A stretch of 64,000 nt of DNA from a virus (Duplodnaviria; Caudoviricetes). Positions 1 to 8,938 of this stretch are shown here, piece after piece. The position numbers and the translations under genes are program-made. The stretch covers positions 1 through 64,000 of IMG/VR virus record IMGVR_UViG_3300012007_000015. One strand, written 5' to 3'. The notes under the pieces are model-generated. The model saw only the letters and a list, made by a program, of their open reading frames with translations, was not told where the DNA came from and ran no database searches. Numbering within the stretch: position 1 is the first letter of the stretch; every line of letters starts with the position of its first letter.

Positions 1-377
1 AAAGACACAATAAATAGGTAACTATCTGAAAATCAAGAACTTATGATGGTGGGGGGGGGTAAAAACCGCCAAAATCCATATGGTGCCTATAATCAAATTT
101 TCAAAAAAAATAAAAATAAAAAAGAAAAAAGCGATTTTAAGGCCCGTGGAGCTCATTTTTCGTCTTTGGTGGATAAGTTATCCGTCTTTGGTATAAAAAT
201 CGTTTCTCGTCAAAATAAACGCTATTTTCTGGCACATTCTGTGATATTTATGGTTTCTGGGTTGAAAATTACGCGCGTTTGCGTGTGTATGTATGCGTAG
301 TTACGTATCATAGAGAGGTATATACCATAGAGAGGTATACTTCTATTGTTAAGAATGTCTAAAATTTGGGTTAGAAA

Positions 378-409
378 TTTGGAGTTATTGGTTTGAATAT
401 GTAAATTTG
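378..409 (+). promoter_or_regulatory. Bacteroidetes sigma-A type promoter for the left early operon
   Basis: TTTG (378-381), 20-nt spacer, TAAATTTG (402-409), upstream of the ATG at 451. Confidence 0.75.
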
Positions 410-450
410 CGGTCGAAAATTGATTATTATCTTAATAAAAGAAAGTTATT

Positions 451-741
451 ATGGGGAATTTATATGACGATTTATGTTTGGCTTTTATCTCTGGTACGGA
501 GGTATTGGATGATTATTTCAAGGTTTCCGACCGTTGTTTTTGCACAGCGATAGACACCACGAGTCTTGTTATGGCCAATCGTGCCACCAGTGAGATGTTG
601 TATTGTGCGAGTCATTATTTTTCGTCAAGTATATTCACCCGTTTGTACTGGCGTTATCGTTTATGGCGTGCTCACAAGCGTGCTGAGAAGGTTCTTAGTG
701 TTGCGGAGGAGTTGCAGTCGTTGAAAGCCGAGTGTTGTTAA
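451..741 (+). CDS. Hypothetical early protein
   Basis: 96-aa ORF with an AT-rich leader, directly after the promoter. Confidence 0.65.
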   Translation: MGNLYDDLCLAFISGTEVLDDYFKVSDRCFCTAIDTTSLVMANRATSEMLYCASHYFSSSIFTRLYWRYRLWRAHKRAEKVLSVAEELQSLKAECC

Positions 742-792
742 TGAGTGGTTATAATTTTGTTTTATATATTTATTCACAAATCAGTTATTTTT

Positions 793-1068
793 ATGGAGAT
801 TACCGTAAGGATTATTAAAATTCTCCCCGCGCAGTCTGGTGTCAAGCGCGACGGCAGTGAGTGGGAGAAGTTTTTCTTTGTTGGCGAGACCAACGAGCAG
901 TACAAGAAGCAGATATGTTTCTCTGCTTTTGGCAGGGAGTTGTTCGAGAAGCTTGACGTGAAGCTCGGCAGCACTTACAGCATTTCGTTTGATGTAGAGT
1001 CTCATGAGCACAATGGCCGTTACTACACCGAGGTTCGTCCTTGGAAGGCGGTTTTGGTAAGTCAGTAA
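793..1068 (+). CDS. DUF3127-like OB-fold protein
   Basis: MEITVRIIKILPAQSGVKRDGSEWEKFFFVGET...ISFDVESHEHNGRYYTEVRPWK resembles Bacteroidetes DUF3127. Start reassigned to the ATG at 793. Confidence 0.75.
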   Translation: MEITVRIIKILPAQSGVKRDGSEWEKFFFVGETNEQYKKQICFSAFGRELFEKLDVKLGSTYSISFDVESHEHNGRYYTEVRPWKAVLVSQ

Positions 1069-1085
1069 CAGGAAGGAGGTATATT

Positions 1086-1451
1086 ATGAGTGAGCTTTAT
1101 TGGATTTCTGTGTTAGGCAACCTTAATATTGTGGGGACAATCTCGTTAGTTCTCCTGTTTATAGCATTGGTAATCATTGTCGTCTGGTGTATCGTCAACG
1201 ATGACGACTATTGCGATGAGACACGCGGTAAGTGTATCCGTTGCATGAGGGCTCTTGTCATCCCCTTTGTCCTTTCGTTGGCTATCGTGGTCTTCGTGCC
1301 TACAACAAAAGAGCTCTACCTTATCTACGGACTTGGCTCTACCATCGACTATGTGAAGAGCAACGACAAGGCGAAGCAGGTTCCCGACAAGGCTGTTGAG
1401 GCTTTGAACAGGTACCTTGACAGCATCAATAAGGACAAGAAGGAGGATTAG
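1086..1451 (+). CDS. Membrane protein with two predicted TM segments
   Basis: Two long hydrophobic stretches and a charged C-terminus. Start reassigned to MSELYW. Confidence 0.75.
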   Translation: MSELYWISVLGNLNIVGTISLVLLFIALVIIVVWCIVNDDDYCDETRGKCIRCMRALVIPFVLSLAIVVFVPTTKELYLIYGLGSTIDYVKSNDKAKQVPDKAVEALNRYLDSINKDKKED

Positions 1452-1488
1452 TTATTATTTATTCACAAACCGATAAAAGAAAGTTATT

Positions 1489-1692
1489 ATGAGTGAGAAG
1501 AAAGAGCAGATTATCGCTGGTATCTGTGACCAGCTGTCCGAGGAGGAGATGAACGTCCTCGTAGTGAAGCACCTGAAGACCCTTTCCAAGTGGGATTTGA
1601 AGCGTGTCCTGTGTTCCGTCCTCGATGTGGACTACATGGACGACCGTTGTCTTGCGAAGGAGTTCCAGACGTTAGTATCCGCCGTACGATGA
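1489..1692 (+). CDS. Hypothetical protein
   Basis: 67-aa ORF with the same 19-nt leader as the gene at 451; ATGA overlap with the next gene. Confidence 0.7.
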   Translation: MSEKKEQIIAGICDQLSEEEMNVLVVKHLKTLSKWDLKRVLCSVLDVDYMDDRCLAKEFQTLVSAVR

Positions 1693-2030
1693 GGAGCCAG
1701 AGTCGGGACAGGCGTAATGACAGGCTGCAGTCCTTGTGCAGGTATTACCTCGGCAGGCTGCGCTACATGGCCCGCAAGCATGGTCTTGGCGGCTTCGTAG
1801 ATACCACCATTAGGGCGAACCTCCGCAAGGAGTGTGAGGGAACCCAGAAGGAGGTAGAGATGCTTGCCAGACTGTGTGACGAGGAGCGCCTGTCCCGCTC
1901 GGAGGTTCCAGAAGTCCTCGGTAAGAGCTACCGCCAGTGTGTTGATGACGGTGATTTCGACCGTATCAAGAAGCTCCCGAGGGCTGGAATCTATTCAAGG
2001 GTAAGCACATTATTAAGCAAAAGAGACTGA
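1689..2030 (+). CDS. Hypothetical protein, possibly DNA-binding
   Basis: Coupled ORF (MRSQSRD...). The C-terminal LSRSEVPEVLGKSYRQ segment looks like a helix-turn-helix. Confidence 0.6.
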   Translation: MRSQSRDRRNDRLQSLCRYYLGRLRYMARKHGLGGFVDTTIRANLRKECEGTQKEVEMLARLCDEERLSRSEVPEVLGKSYRQCVDDGDFDRIKKLPRAGIYSRVSTLLSKRD

Positions 2031-2031
2031 T

Positions 2032-2229
2032 ATGACGAAGCAAGACGTTCTGAGCGGCATTGACAAGCTGTGTGCAGAGATAGACGGCGCTGTCTACGAC
2101 CTCGTTGACGCGAGGGTAAAGAAAAGTGACCACGAGCTTTGTATTGCCGAGGCCAAGATAGAGCAGCTCATCGTCGGGGCACACCAGCAGTTGAGCTTTC
2201 TGAGGGAATATATCAACGACAATTGCTAA
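2032..2229 (+). CDS. Hypothetical protein
   Basis: 65-aa ORF tightly packed in the operon. Confidence 0.6.
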   Translation: MTKQDVLSGIDKLCAEIDGAVYDLVDARVKKSDHELCIAEAKIEQLIVGAHQQLSFLREYINDNC

Positions 2230-2254
2230 GAACAACCACAAATACCGAGTTACT

Positions 2255-2329
2255 ATGACGCTACATTTGTATATTGCCGTCGCAGGCCTGCTAATCGGCA
2301 TGGTTCTTGGCCTGCTGACAAAGGAATAA
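2255..2329 (+). CDS. Small hydrophobic peptide (24 aa)
   Basis: Read by hand: MTLHLYIAVAGLLIGMVLGLLTKE*. It fills the intergenic gap and has one TM-like stretch. Confidence 0.4.
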   Translation: MTLHLYIAVAGLLIGMVLGLLTKE

Positions 2330-2341
2330 CACCGAGAGACT

Positions 2342-2689
2342 ATGAAGAAGGAAGAAGCAATAGGAATACTGAAGGAGATGAGCGGCTATGCGTCCGCGAT
2401 GGGCCAGACGAAGCGCCATGAGGCTCTTACAATGGCCACAGAGTCCCTTCTTGGCGGTATGCACTGTCCCAAGTGCGGCGGCGAACTCATCTTGGATTCG
2501 TCGATGTCCCTCTGCGATGTCTATGACAATGCCGAGGGCGACACAGAAGGTATCGTTGACTACTACACCTGCTCAAAGTGTGGCAGGGAATATGAGATTT
2601 GCGACCCCAACAAGGACGAGCGTGATGGAGAATATAGCGACTACTGGCATGGCGGACACACAGACGATAGATTCACAGGAGCCTCATAA
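2342..2689 (+). CDS. Zinc-ribbon protein
   Basis: CPKC...CSKC motif pair. Confidence 0.65.
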   Translation: MKKEEAIGILKEMSGYASAMGQTKRHEALTMATESLLGGMHCPKCGGELILDSSMSLCDVYDNAEGDTEGIVDYYTCSKCGREYEICDPNKDERDGEYSDYWHGGHTDDRFTGAS

Positions 2690-2837
2690 GGTCAGTGAGG
2701 TCATCTGCGTCATGTGCGGCCACAGATGGATTGCCGTACGTCCAGAGAGAACCCGTCTCGTGCAGCTTGAGTGCCCTGCCTGTCACCGTCAGGGGTTTGC
2801 CATAGAGACGGGAGAGACGTTCGACGATATAACTTAA
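2649..2837 (+). CDS. Small zinc-ribbon protein
   Basis: CVMC...CPAC. This is the 3' part of ORF 2388-2837, starting at the ATG at 2649. Confidence 0.55.
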   Translation: MADTQTIDSQEPHKVSEVICVMCGHRWIAVRPERTRLVQLECPACHRQGFAIETGETFDDIT

Positions 2838-2919
2838 CTCGTAAACTTTACAACTTACTATAAGCAACGGTTATGAAAGACAATTACAGATGGATTATTT
2901 ACTAATAAAGGTTAAAAAA

Positions 2920-2951
2920 TTTGGATAAACGGCAAATTATTCTTATCTTTG
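2920..2951 (+). promoter_or_regulatory. Promoter for the HNH endonuclease and replication genes
   Basis: TTTG (2920-2923), 20 nt, TATCTTTG (2944-2951). Confidence 0.75.
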
Positions 2952-3066
2952 CACTCAGAAAATTCATTCGATGCGGTGTGTCCTACTAAAAGCCGCAAAG
3001 ATTAATGATAAAATACTTGCAGGCGTGATGAACGGGTAGTAGGACACCTTAGTAGTCACGCTTGCA

Positions 3067-3852
3067 ATGTTTATAAAGAATATGGAAGAAACATGGAGAA
3101 ATGTAGTTGGCTATGAGGGAATATATGTTGTGTCTTCTTTTGGGAGGGTAAAATCTCTGCCAAAGGAGTATAAAACCCGTCAAAAAGTCGTTTTCTTATC
3201 TAAAGAACGGATTCTGTCGCCGTATCAAATGCCAAACGGATATTTGAAAGTTAATTTATACAAGAACGGAAAGAGAAAGTCATCATACGTCCACAGACTT
3301 GTCGCTAACGCCTTTTTGGGTGTTAATGATGAAATGACTGTAAATCATAAGGACGAAAATAAAACAAATAATAATATTGAAAATCTTGAATACTTAACAA
3401 GAGGAGACAATATTAGATATAGTGCAGGTAGGCACAAAAAAGAGCGTATTGGAAAGTCGCACAATTCAATACCAGTAAATCAATATACATTAGAAGGGAA
3501 ATTTGTTGCGAGATACAAAAGTGCGAACTTGGCGGCTAACAATGTCGGTTTGAAGCGAGATTTAACAATTCTCATGTGCTGTAGAAGAGAAAGGAATGTT
3601 GCTGGTGGGTATTTGTGGCGTTTTGACGGAGATATTGATTTGTCTCATGGGCATATAATGAAGCAAAGAAAAGTTGTACAATTTGATTTAGAAGGTAATT
3701 TTATAGCAAAGTTTGATACAATAAAAGAAGCAGCCTTGCTAACAAATACAAACAATGGACATATTAGTTCTTGTTGTGGTGGAAAAATAAAAACTGCAAA
3801 TGGATTTAGGTGGATGTACGAAGAAGATTATAACAATTTAAAACGGTCATAA
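3067..3852 (+). CDS. NUMOD4-HNH homing endonuclease with C-terminal NUMOD1-like repeats
   Basis: ETWRNVVGYEGIYVVSSFGRVKS (NUMOD4), VHRLVANAF...VNHKDENKTNNNIENLEY (HNH), and two VxQY/F-LEG...CC..GGY.W repeats. AT-rich relative to its neighbours. Confidence 0.92.
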   Translation: MFIKNMEETWRNVVGYEGIYVVSSFGRVKSLPKEYKTRQKVVFLSKERILSPYQMPNGYLKVNLYKNGKRKSSYVHRLVANAFLGVNDEMTVNHKDENKTNNNIENLEYLTRGDNIRYSAGRHKKERIGKSHNSIPVNQYTLEGKFVARYKSANLAANNVGLKRDLTILMCCRRERNVAGGYLWRFDGDIDLSHGHIMKQRKVVQFDLEGNFIAKFDTIKEAALLTNTNNGHISSCCGGKIKTANGFRWMYEEDYNNLKRS

Positions 3853-3854
3853 TT

Positions 3855-4601
3855 ATGCTACAAGCGAAAACAGAAGAACAAAAGAAATGGGTTGAAGAGT
3901 TTATTAACTCATTACCTTATTTTGACAAGGAAAGAAGATTTTCACCATGCCTATATTGTTCCGATGTAACAAACGATGGAATTAGTATCGTGCGTAAATA
4001 TTCAGAAGGCTCTGGTTGGGACGAAAAATCAAGAAGTGTAACTACATATATAAGTTTTGACAACATAGAACAAATTGTAGACCACCTACGTTCTGTCAAC
4101 AAGCCAAAGAAATCTCTTTTATTAGACTTGTCAATCGTTGCACCCAATATGCTTGAGCCAGTAGAAACATGGCTTGCGTATAAGAGAGAAAAAGGGCAGA
4201 CGTACAAGCAAAAGGGGTTTAGTGTGTTCTATAAGCGACTGCTGCAGATAAGCGACAATAACCCAGAAATAGCCAAGATTATAATCGAGAAGTCCATGGC
4301 ATGCAACTATTCTGGTATTTTTCCGTTAAAGGACGAAGAAAAGAAATCCATACAGACTCCTGCTGCCGAGATGACCATAAAGGAGAAATTCGAGAATTTC
4401 CTCAAATGGCTCCATGCCAAGCGCGGAGACCGAGCCATGATGTCCTATAGGATTACCATGAATGATTTCTGTGAGATGATAAAGGCTTATCCGTCCTCGG
4501 CAACTCTGTGTTTAATTGTACTTAATATAACAGAGCAGCCGATAGAGCCTAACGAGAAGCTTATCGACGTGTTCCGCAGATACCGCAATGCACATCCATG
4601 A
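3855..4601 (+). CDS. Putative replication initiator-like protein
   Basis: ETWLAYKREKGQTYK...IIEKSMACNYSGIF resembles phage initiator C-terminal domains, and the gene lies just upstream of the helicase genes. Confidence 0.5.
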   Translation: MLQAKTEEQKKWVEEFINSLPYFDKERRFSPCLYCSDVTNDGISIVRKYSEGSGWDEKSRSVTTYISFDNIEQIVDHLRSVNKPKKSLLLDLSIVAPNMLEPVETWLAYKREKGQTYKQKGFSVFYKRLLQISDNNPEIAKIIIEKSMACNYSGIFPLKDEEKKSIQTPAAEMTIKEKFENFLKWLHAKRGDRAMMSYRITMNDFCEMIKAYPSSATLCLIVLNITEQPIEPNEKLIDVFRRYRNAHP

Positions 4602-4993
4602 ACAGACGCCAGTACATAGAGTTGTTCATCATCGCTTCCCTGATGTCAGTTGAGGATACTGCAGGAGCCAGCGCATATAACATGTGCAGGGACTTCCTGC
4701 TGCCAGACATGTTCAAGGACGCCAAGAACAGGTGGGTGTACGGGATTATCTGCGAGATGCGAGGTAAGGGATACGCCAAGACCTGCGAGGATGACATCTT
4801 CCAGTATCTTTGCACCGAGAAGAATATTCCCGCGTCCAAGATGAGCGGTATCTGCTGCTGGCTCATAGAGGTGTATCTTCATTTCTGCAACATAACAAAC
4901 CCTGTCACAGGGGTGCGATGGACGGTCGGCGAGGCCGTTGACGAATTAATCAAACTGTCAGATACGGACGAATGGGAAACGCTAACGAAATAG
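4598..4993 (+). CDS. Hypothetical protein, possible helicase accessory
   Basis: Coupled between the initiator-like gene and dnaB. Confidence 0.45.
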   Translation: MNRRQYIELFIIASLMSVEDTAGASAYNMCRDFLLPDMFKDAKNRWVYGIICEMRGKGYAKTCEDDIFQYLCTEKNIPASKMSGICCWLIEVYLHFCNITNPVTGVRWTVGEAVDELIKLSDTDEWETLTK

Positions 4994-6384
4994 TCATACT
5001 ATCCAACGAGTCGGTAGAACGCTCTGTCATAGGTTCCATACTAAGGCATAACGAGCTGTATACCCAGAACAGGGACATCCTCTCCGCCGAGCTCTTCCGT
5101 GGAGAGAACGTAAGGGTGTTCTCTGCCATCAAGCGCATCATCAACAATGGGGGCGTGGCAACACCAGTAAGCGTGTCCGCCGAGCTCAGTGACTCTGGCG
5201 TGGAAGGGAACAGGTTCGAGCTGCAGCGCTATGTGGCCCTTGCTGATGCGGACTCGTTCCAGTCAAATGTTAAGAAGCTTGACGACTACTACAAGAGGAA
5301 TGCCGCTCGGCTCATATTCCTGCAGATGGCAGACGAGGCCGTCAAGATGGGTACCAGACTCGACGACACCATAGAGAGGGCCGACAAGGACACCAAGAAC
5401 CTCATGCGCTCAGACTCCACGGACGGTATTATCTCTGCGTCAGAGGCCATGCGCATGATGAAGCAGCACGTAATGGATGTCCGTGACGGAAAGGCGAGCC
5501 AAGGCATCATGACGGGCTTCAGGGCTTTCGACAGCCATTACGGCATACATGAAGACCAACTCGTCATCATCGCCGCCCGTACTGGTGTCGGCAAGACAGC
5601 CTTGGCCATGAACATCTCCGCCAATGTCGCAAAAAGGGGAGTGCCAGTTTCCTACTACTCGTCCGAGATGGGTGCCCTTGAGCTGTGGGCCCGTATCATG
5701 AGCTATGGCATGGAGATGCGCTCAGTGGATATTCTCCACAATAAGCTGTCAGACCATGAGATAAACCGCATGGCTGCTGTCGCCGACAACTACGAGAAAT
5801 ATCCGCTCTATATTGACGAGGAGGCGTCTGTGTCATTCGACAGGATGATGCGCTCCATACGCAAGATGGTTACGGAATACGGCGTCAAGGTTGTAGTCGT
5901 TGACTATCTGCAAATCGTCAGAATCGGCAAGAAATTCGACTCTGAGTCCCAGAAGTTCGCATACATCGCCAGAGAGCTCAAGAATATCGCCAAGGAACTG
6001 CACATCGTCGTCATAGCACTTAGTCAGCTCAACCGTGTAGGTGTCAAGGAGGGCGTAATATCTAAGTCCTCGCTGAGAAACTCTGGCGAACTGGAGGAGG
6101 CTGCAGACACCATCCTGCTCATAGACAGGCCAGACGCAGACCTCAACACCAAGGGCCGAAAGTTCGAGGGCGAGTTCGCTTGGGTCGGTGACACCACCAA
6201 CAAGGCAGTCTTCAAGATTGACAAGGGCAGAAGTACTGGCTGCGCGGAGTACCTCGTCGACTTTATACCAGAGTACACCATGTTCCTCGACAATGCCAGT
6301 GCGGGATACGACATCGCGTACGAGGGAGAAACCTACAATACAGACCTGACAGGTGATGATTACGGCGAACAACTGCCTTTTTGA
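4972..6384 (+). CDS. dnaB: Replicative DnaB-like helicase
   Basis: N-terminal ERSVIGSIL, Walker A AARTGVGKT, SSEM, VVVDYLQI, ALSQLNR, LRNSGELEEAAD. Confidence 0.95.
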   Translation: MGNANEIVILSNESVERSVIGSILRHNELYTQNRDILSAELFRGENVRVFSAIKRIINNGGVATPVSVSAELSDSGVEGNRFELQRYVALADADSFQSNVKKLDDYYKRNAARLIFLQMADEAVKMGTRLDDTIERADKDTKNLMRSDSTDGIISASEAMRMMKQHVMDVRDGKASQGIMTGFRAFDSHYGIHEDQLVIIAARTGVGKTALAMNISANVAKRGVPVSYYSSEMGALELWARIMSYGMEMRSVDILHNKLSDHEINRMAAVADNYEKYPLYIDEEASVSFDRMMRSIRKMVTEYGVKVVVVDYLQIVRIGKKFDSESQKFAYIARELKNIAKELHIVVIALSQLNRVGVKEGVISKSSLRNSGELEEAADTILLIDRPDADLNTKGRKFEGEFAWVGDTTNKAVFKIDKGRSTGCAEYLVDFIPEYTMFLDNASAGYDIAYEGETYNTDLTGDDYGEQLPF

Positions 6385-6402
6385 CAAAAAATCCTTAAAT
6401 TA

Positions 6403-6434
6403 TTTGCATATTCAAACTTAAATAACTATATTTG
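6403..6434 (+). promoter_or_regulatory. Promoter with a palindromic -33 region
   Basis: TTTGCATATTCAAA (6403-6416), then TATATTTG (6427-6434). Confidence 0.75.
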
Positions 6435-6459
6435 CAACGATTTTTAAAAACAAAGAAAC

Positions 6460-6906
6460 ATGAAAAGGAAAAACATCGAGAATCTGAAGAAAGTTGAGAG
6501 CCTTATGGACTCTTTTACGGAGAAGCGCGACACGGCACTCGTCATCGCGTCCTGTGGAAGCATCAGCGCCGTATCGTTCGTTGGTAATCCCCAACGCCTC
6601 ACACCTGCATTCTATGCCATTCTCAAGGGTGGTCTGGAGAAGGGGGCTTCAGAGGAGCGCAAGGCCGTGCTCATTTCCATTCTTGACGGCATCAGACTCC
6701 TTCTTGACGAGGACAGCCACGAGTCGGAGGTTCTTGCAGACATCCTCGTGGACGCCATCAACGGCGACGACGATGGGAAAGATGTCCACGAATTTGACCC
6801 CAGAAGTTCCGAGTGTATCAACTGCAATGACTTTTCAACTTGTCTCAAGAATTTCCTCAAGCGGAACCGCAAGGACGTCAAAGTAACCACCATTAATGGA
6901 AAATAG
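6460..6906 (+). CDS. Hypothetical protein
   Basis: 148-aa ORF after the promoter, with a C-terminal CINC...C segment. Confidence 0.7.
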   Translation: MKRKNIENLKKVESLMDSFTEKRDTALVIASCGSISAVSFVGNPQRLTPAFYAILKGGLEKGASEERKAVLISILDGIRLLLDEDSHESEVLADILVDAINGDDDGKDVHEFDPRSSECINCNDFSTCLKNFLKRNRKDVKVTTINGK

Positions 6907-7039
6907 CATCTCTATCTGCTGCAAAGTCCAGTGCCCAGAGAGGTTCTCTTGTGCGAAATTCTCAAGGGCTCTGGATGTCAACAGCGGGAAGATAGCTGCG
7001 GGATATTACGAGGTTGAAAAATGCGAGTACGAAAAATAA
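6896..7039 (+). CDS. Small Cys-rich protein (47 aa)
   Basis: Read by hand: MENSISICCKVQCPERFSCAK...CEYEK*. Overlaps the previous stop. Confidence 0.45.
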   Translation: MENSISICCKVQCPERFSCAKFSRALDVNSGKIAAGYYEVEKCEYEK

Positions 7040-7136
7040 AGCCCGAAGGCGCATCAAAATAACCAAGGTAGTCAACTATACCACGAAGGGTACAAAATGC
7101 TCACAGTTGGCTTAAAAAGCGGCTTAAATCGAAAGT

Positions 7137-7544
7137 ATGGCATCATTTCAGATAAACGGAATAATAGACAACATCAAATATCTGCACAATCAGGGCGGAT
7201 GTATGGTGTATGTCTCAGAGTTCAAGAAAGGATACAAGAAGTCCAATGGAGAGATTGTCGACGACAAGTATGAGAAGTGGAAGATTCTCTTCAAGCAGGG
7301 GCTTGTCAACTACATCAACAACCACTTCAACATAGGGATGGTCGTAGAGATAAAGGGAGAAGTTCTTCCGTATGCCGTCAACCACGGAACGATAATGGAC
7401 GGATACTCGGTTCTCGGCCAGACCATTAACATGTTCTCTTTTCCGAGGGCCAACGCTCTGCACGAGCTCGGCATGATAAAGGAAAGCCAGCTGCACGGAG
7501 AGGGAACACCCGATTTAGACGAATACAATAAACCCGATTTTTAA
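7137..7544 (+). CDS. SSB-like OB-fold protein
   Basis: Beta-rich sequence, GMVVEIKGEV motif, acidic C-terminus ending in F. Confidence 0.6.
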   Translation: MASFQINGIIDNIKYLHNQGGCMVYVSEFKKGYKKSNGEIVDDKYEKWKILFKQGLVNYINNHFNIGMVVEIKGEVLPYAVNHGTIMDGYSVLGQTINMFSFPRANALHELGMIKESQLHGEGTPDLDEYNKPDF

Positions 7545-7561
7545 CTTAATAACCGAAAATT

Positions 7562-7927
7562 ATGGCAAAAAAGATTAGTGACATGACAGATGCGGAGCTG
7601 AGACTGGAAGTCCGCAGGCTTAGAGTAATGTTGTCTGGATATAAGACCAGCAACGGCAACTACAAGTCGGCCATCGCGTCCGTCAGGGAGGAGCTTAAGT
7701 CTTCCCAGCAGGAATGTCTGGCTCAGAAAAAGCGCGCAGACGACATGCAGGAGACATGCAGGTTGAACCTTGCAAGCCACGAGAAAGAGAAAATCCGTCT
7801 CAAGAACGAGCTGCATTCGACCATCATGCGTCGCGACGAGTTCGAGAAAGAAATGAACAAGTACAAGGAGGACTACGAGAGAATCCTCGCTCTTCCTTGG
7901 TACAAGCGTATTTTCCTGAAGAGCTAA
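7562..7927 (+). CDS. Coiled-coil protein
   Basis: Heptad-rich sequence ending in LPWYKRIF. Confidence 0.65.
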   Translation: MAKKISDMTDAELRLEVRRLRVMLSGYKTSNGNYKSAIASVREELKSSQQECLAQKKRADDMQETCRLNLASHEKEKIRLKNELHSTIMRRDEFEKEMNKYKEDYERILALPWYKRIFLKS

Positions 7928-7937
7928 TGGCCCGTAC

Positions 7938-7986
7938 AAAAAGAATCGGTGGCTGCTATCCTCACGGACTGCAGTCACCTTTTTTT
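7938..7986. terminator. Probable bidirectional intrinsic terminator
   Basis: GGTGGCTGC...GCAGTCACC stem followed by T7, with an A-run upstream, between convergent operons. Confidence 0.7.
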
Positions 7987-8007
7987 ATGAAGAAACCGCA
8001 AAATATA

Positions 8008-8934
8008 TTATGTCTCTGGAGCATCAAGCGTATGTAGCTTGACGGTTCCGATAATCCACGAATCTTCTCCTCTCTGCAGCTTGGCGGTCGTCGGCTTATA
8101 TTCGTCAAGGCAGACGCAGTGTACGTACTTGTTGTTGACGTATGCCGATTTTATCCATACGTCGGAACCAGTGATGTATTCGATGAACGCATCATGCACG
8201 GATTGTACGTCAATGAAACGTGAGGCGTACTTTTGTCTAACAATGAACGTTACCTCTACATCCACGTTCTCCCTTATAACCTTGGGAGTGTAGTTTACCG
8301 TCTGCATCGATATGTGTATTCCATAGAAGTCCGTGGGTTCAGAGCCTGTTGCGATAATATCGACATAACCGACATGCGCATCAACATGTGTTACATGGTA
8401 AGTATTCATTTGAGACCTTTCTGCTTCAACTCCGCCAACGGTATATTGGCAATCGGCGCTATAGGTAACTGTCGTGATGGTGTCTCCGACGCTACGCACG
8501 GGAACCCTTATTCTTGACTCTGGGCTTACTTCTAAGTGGCCGTTATTATATACAACACTCACATTCACGTCGCTACGTATGCCGTCTACGAGTAGTGATA
8601 TACCTGTAACGTCTGTCTGTATAGTTCCTGTAGCGCCAACACCCTCAATATCGGTTGACTCTAAAGATATTGGAACGGGAGGGTTACTTGTGTTACTGCA
8701 TTGAATCTTAGCTGTCACGGCAGGCAGGGCATTCTGTTCACTAAAAGAAGTTATCATGAAGTCCTCCTCCTGTGAGCCGAACCATTGTGCCGTATAGATG
8801 TTTACTGGCTTCCCCTTGGCGAGGAACCCGTCCACCTTGAGGATGCGTAGACCATCGAAGAGTGCCGTCACGTCAGCGAAAGTTCCTCCCGCTGTATTCT
8901 TTACGAAATATTTTCCTGTTAAATCCTGTGCCAT
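8008..8934 (-). CDS. Distal-tail (Dit)-like protein with an internal inserted domain
   Basis: Last gene of the tail operon, downstream of the tape measure gene. A central T/V/S-rich beta segment separates the N- and C-terminal parts. Confidence 0.5.
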   Translation of the reverse strand: MAQDLTGKYFVKNTAGGTFADVTALFDGLRILKVDGFLAKGKPVNIYTAQWFGSQEEDFMITSFSEQNALPAVTAKIQCSNTSNPPVPISLESTDIEGVGATGTIQTDVTGISLLVDGIRSDVNVSVVYNNGHLEVSPESRIRVPVRSVGDTITTVTYSADCQYTVGGVEAERSQMNTYHVTHVDAHVGYVDIIATGSEPTDFYGIHISMQTVNYTPKVIRENVDVEVTFIVRQKYASRFIDVQSVHDAFIEYITGSDVWIKSAYVNNKYVHCVCLDEYKPTTAKLQRGEDSWIIGTVKLHTLDAPET

Positions 8935-8938
8935 AATC

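Noticed and set aside
43-300. 85-aa ORF at the left end
   Set aside because: Runs through homopolymer tracts upstream of the first promoter; probably non-coding.
3855-4601. Iteron-type origin inside the initiator-like gene
   Set aside because: I found no repeated iterons by eye.
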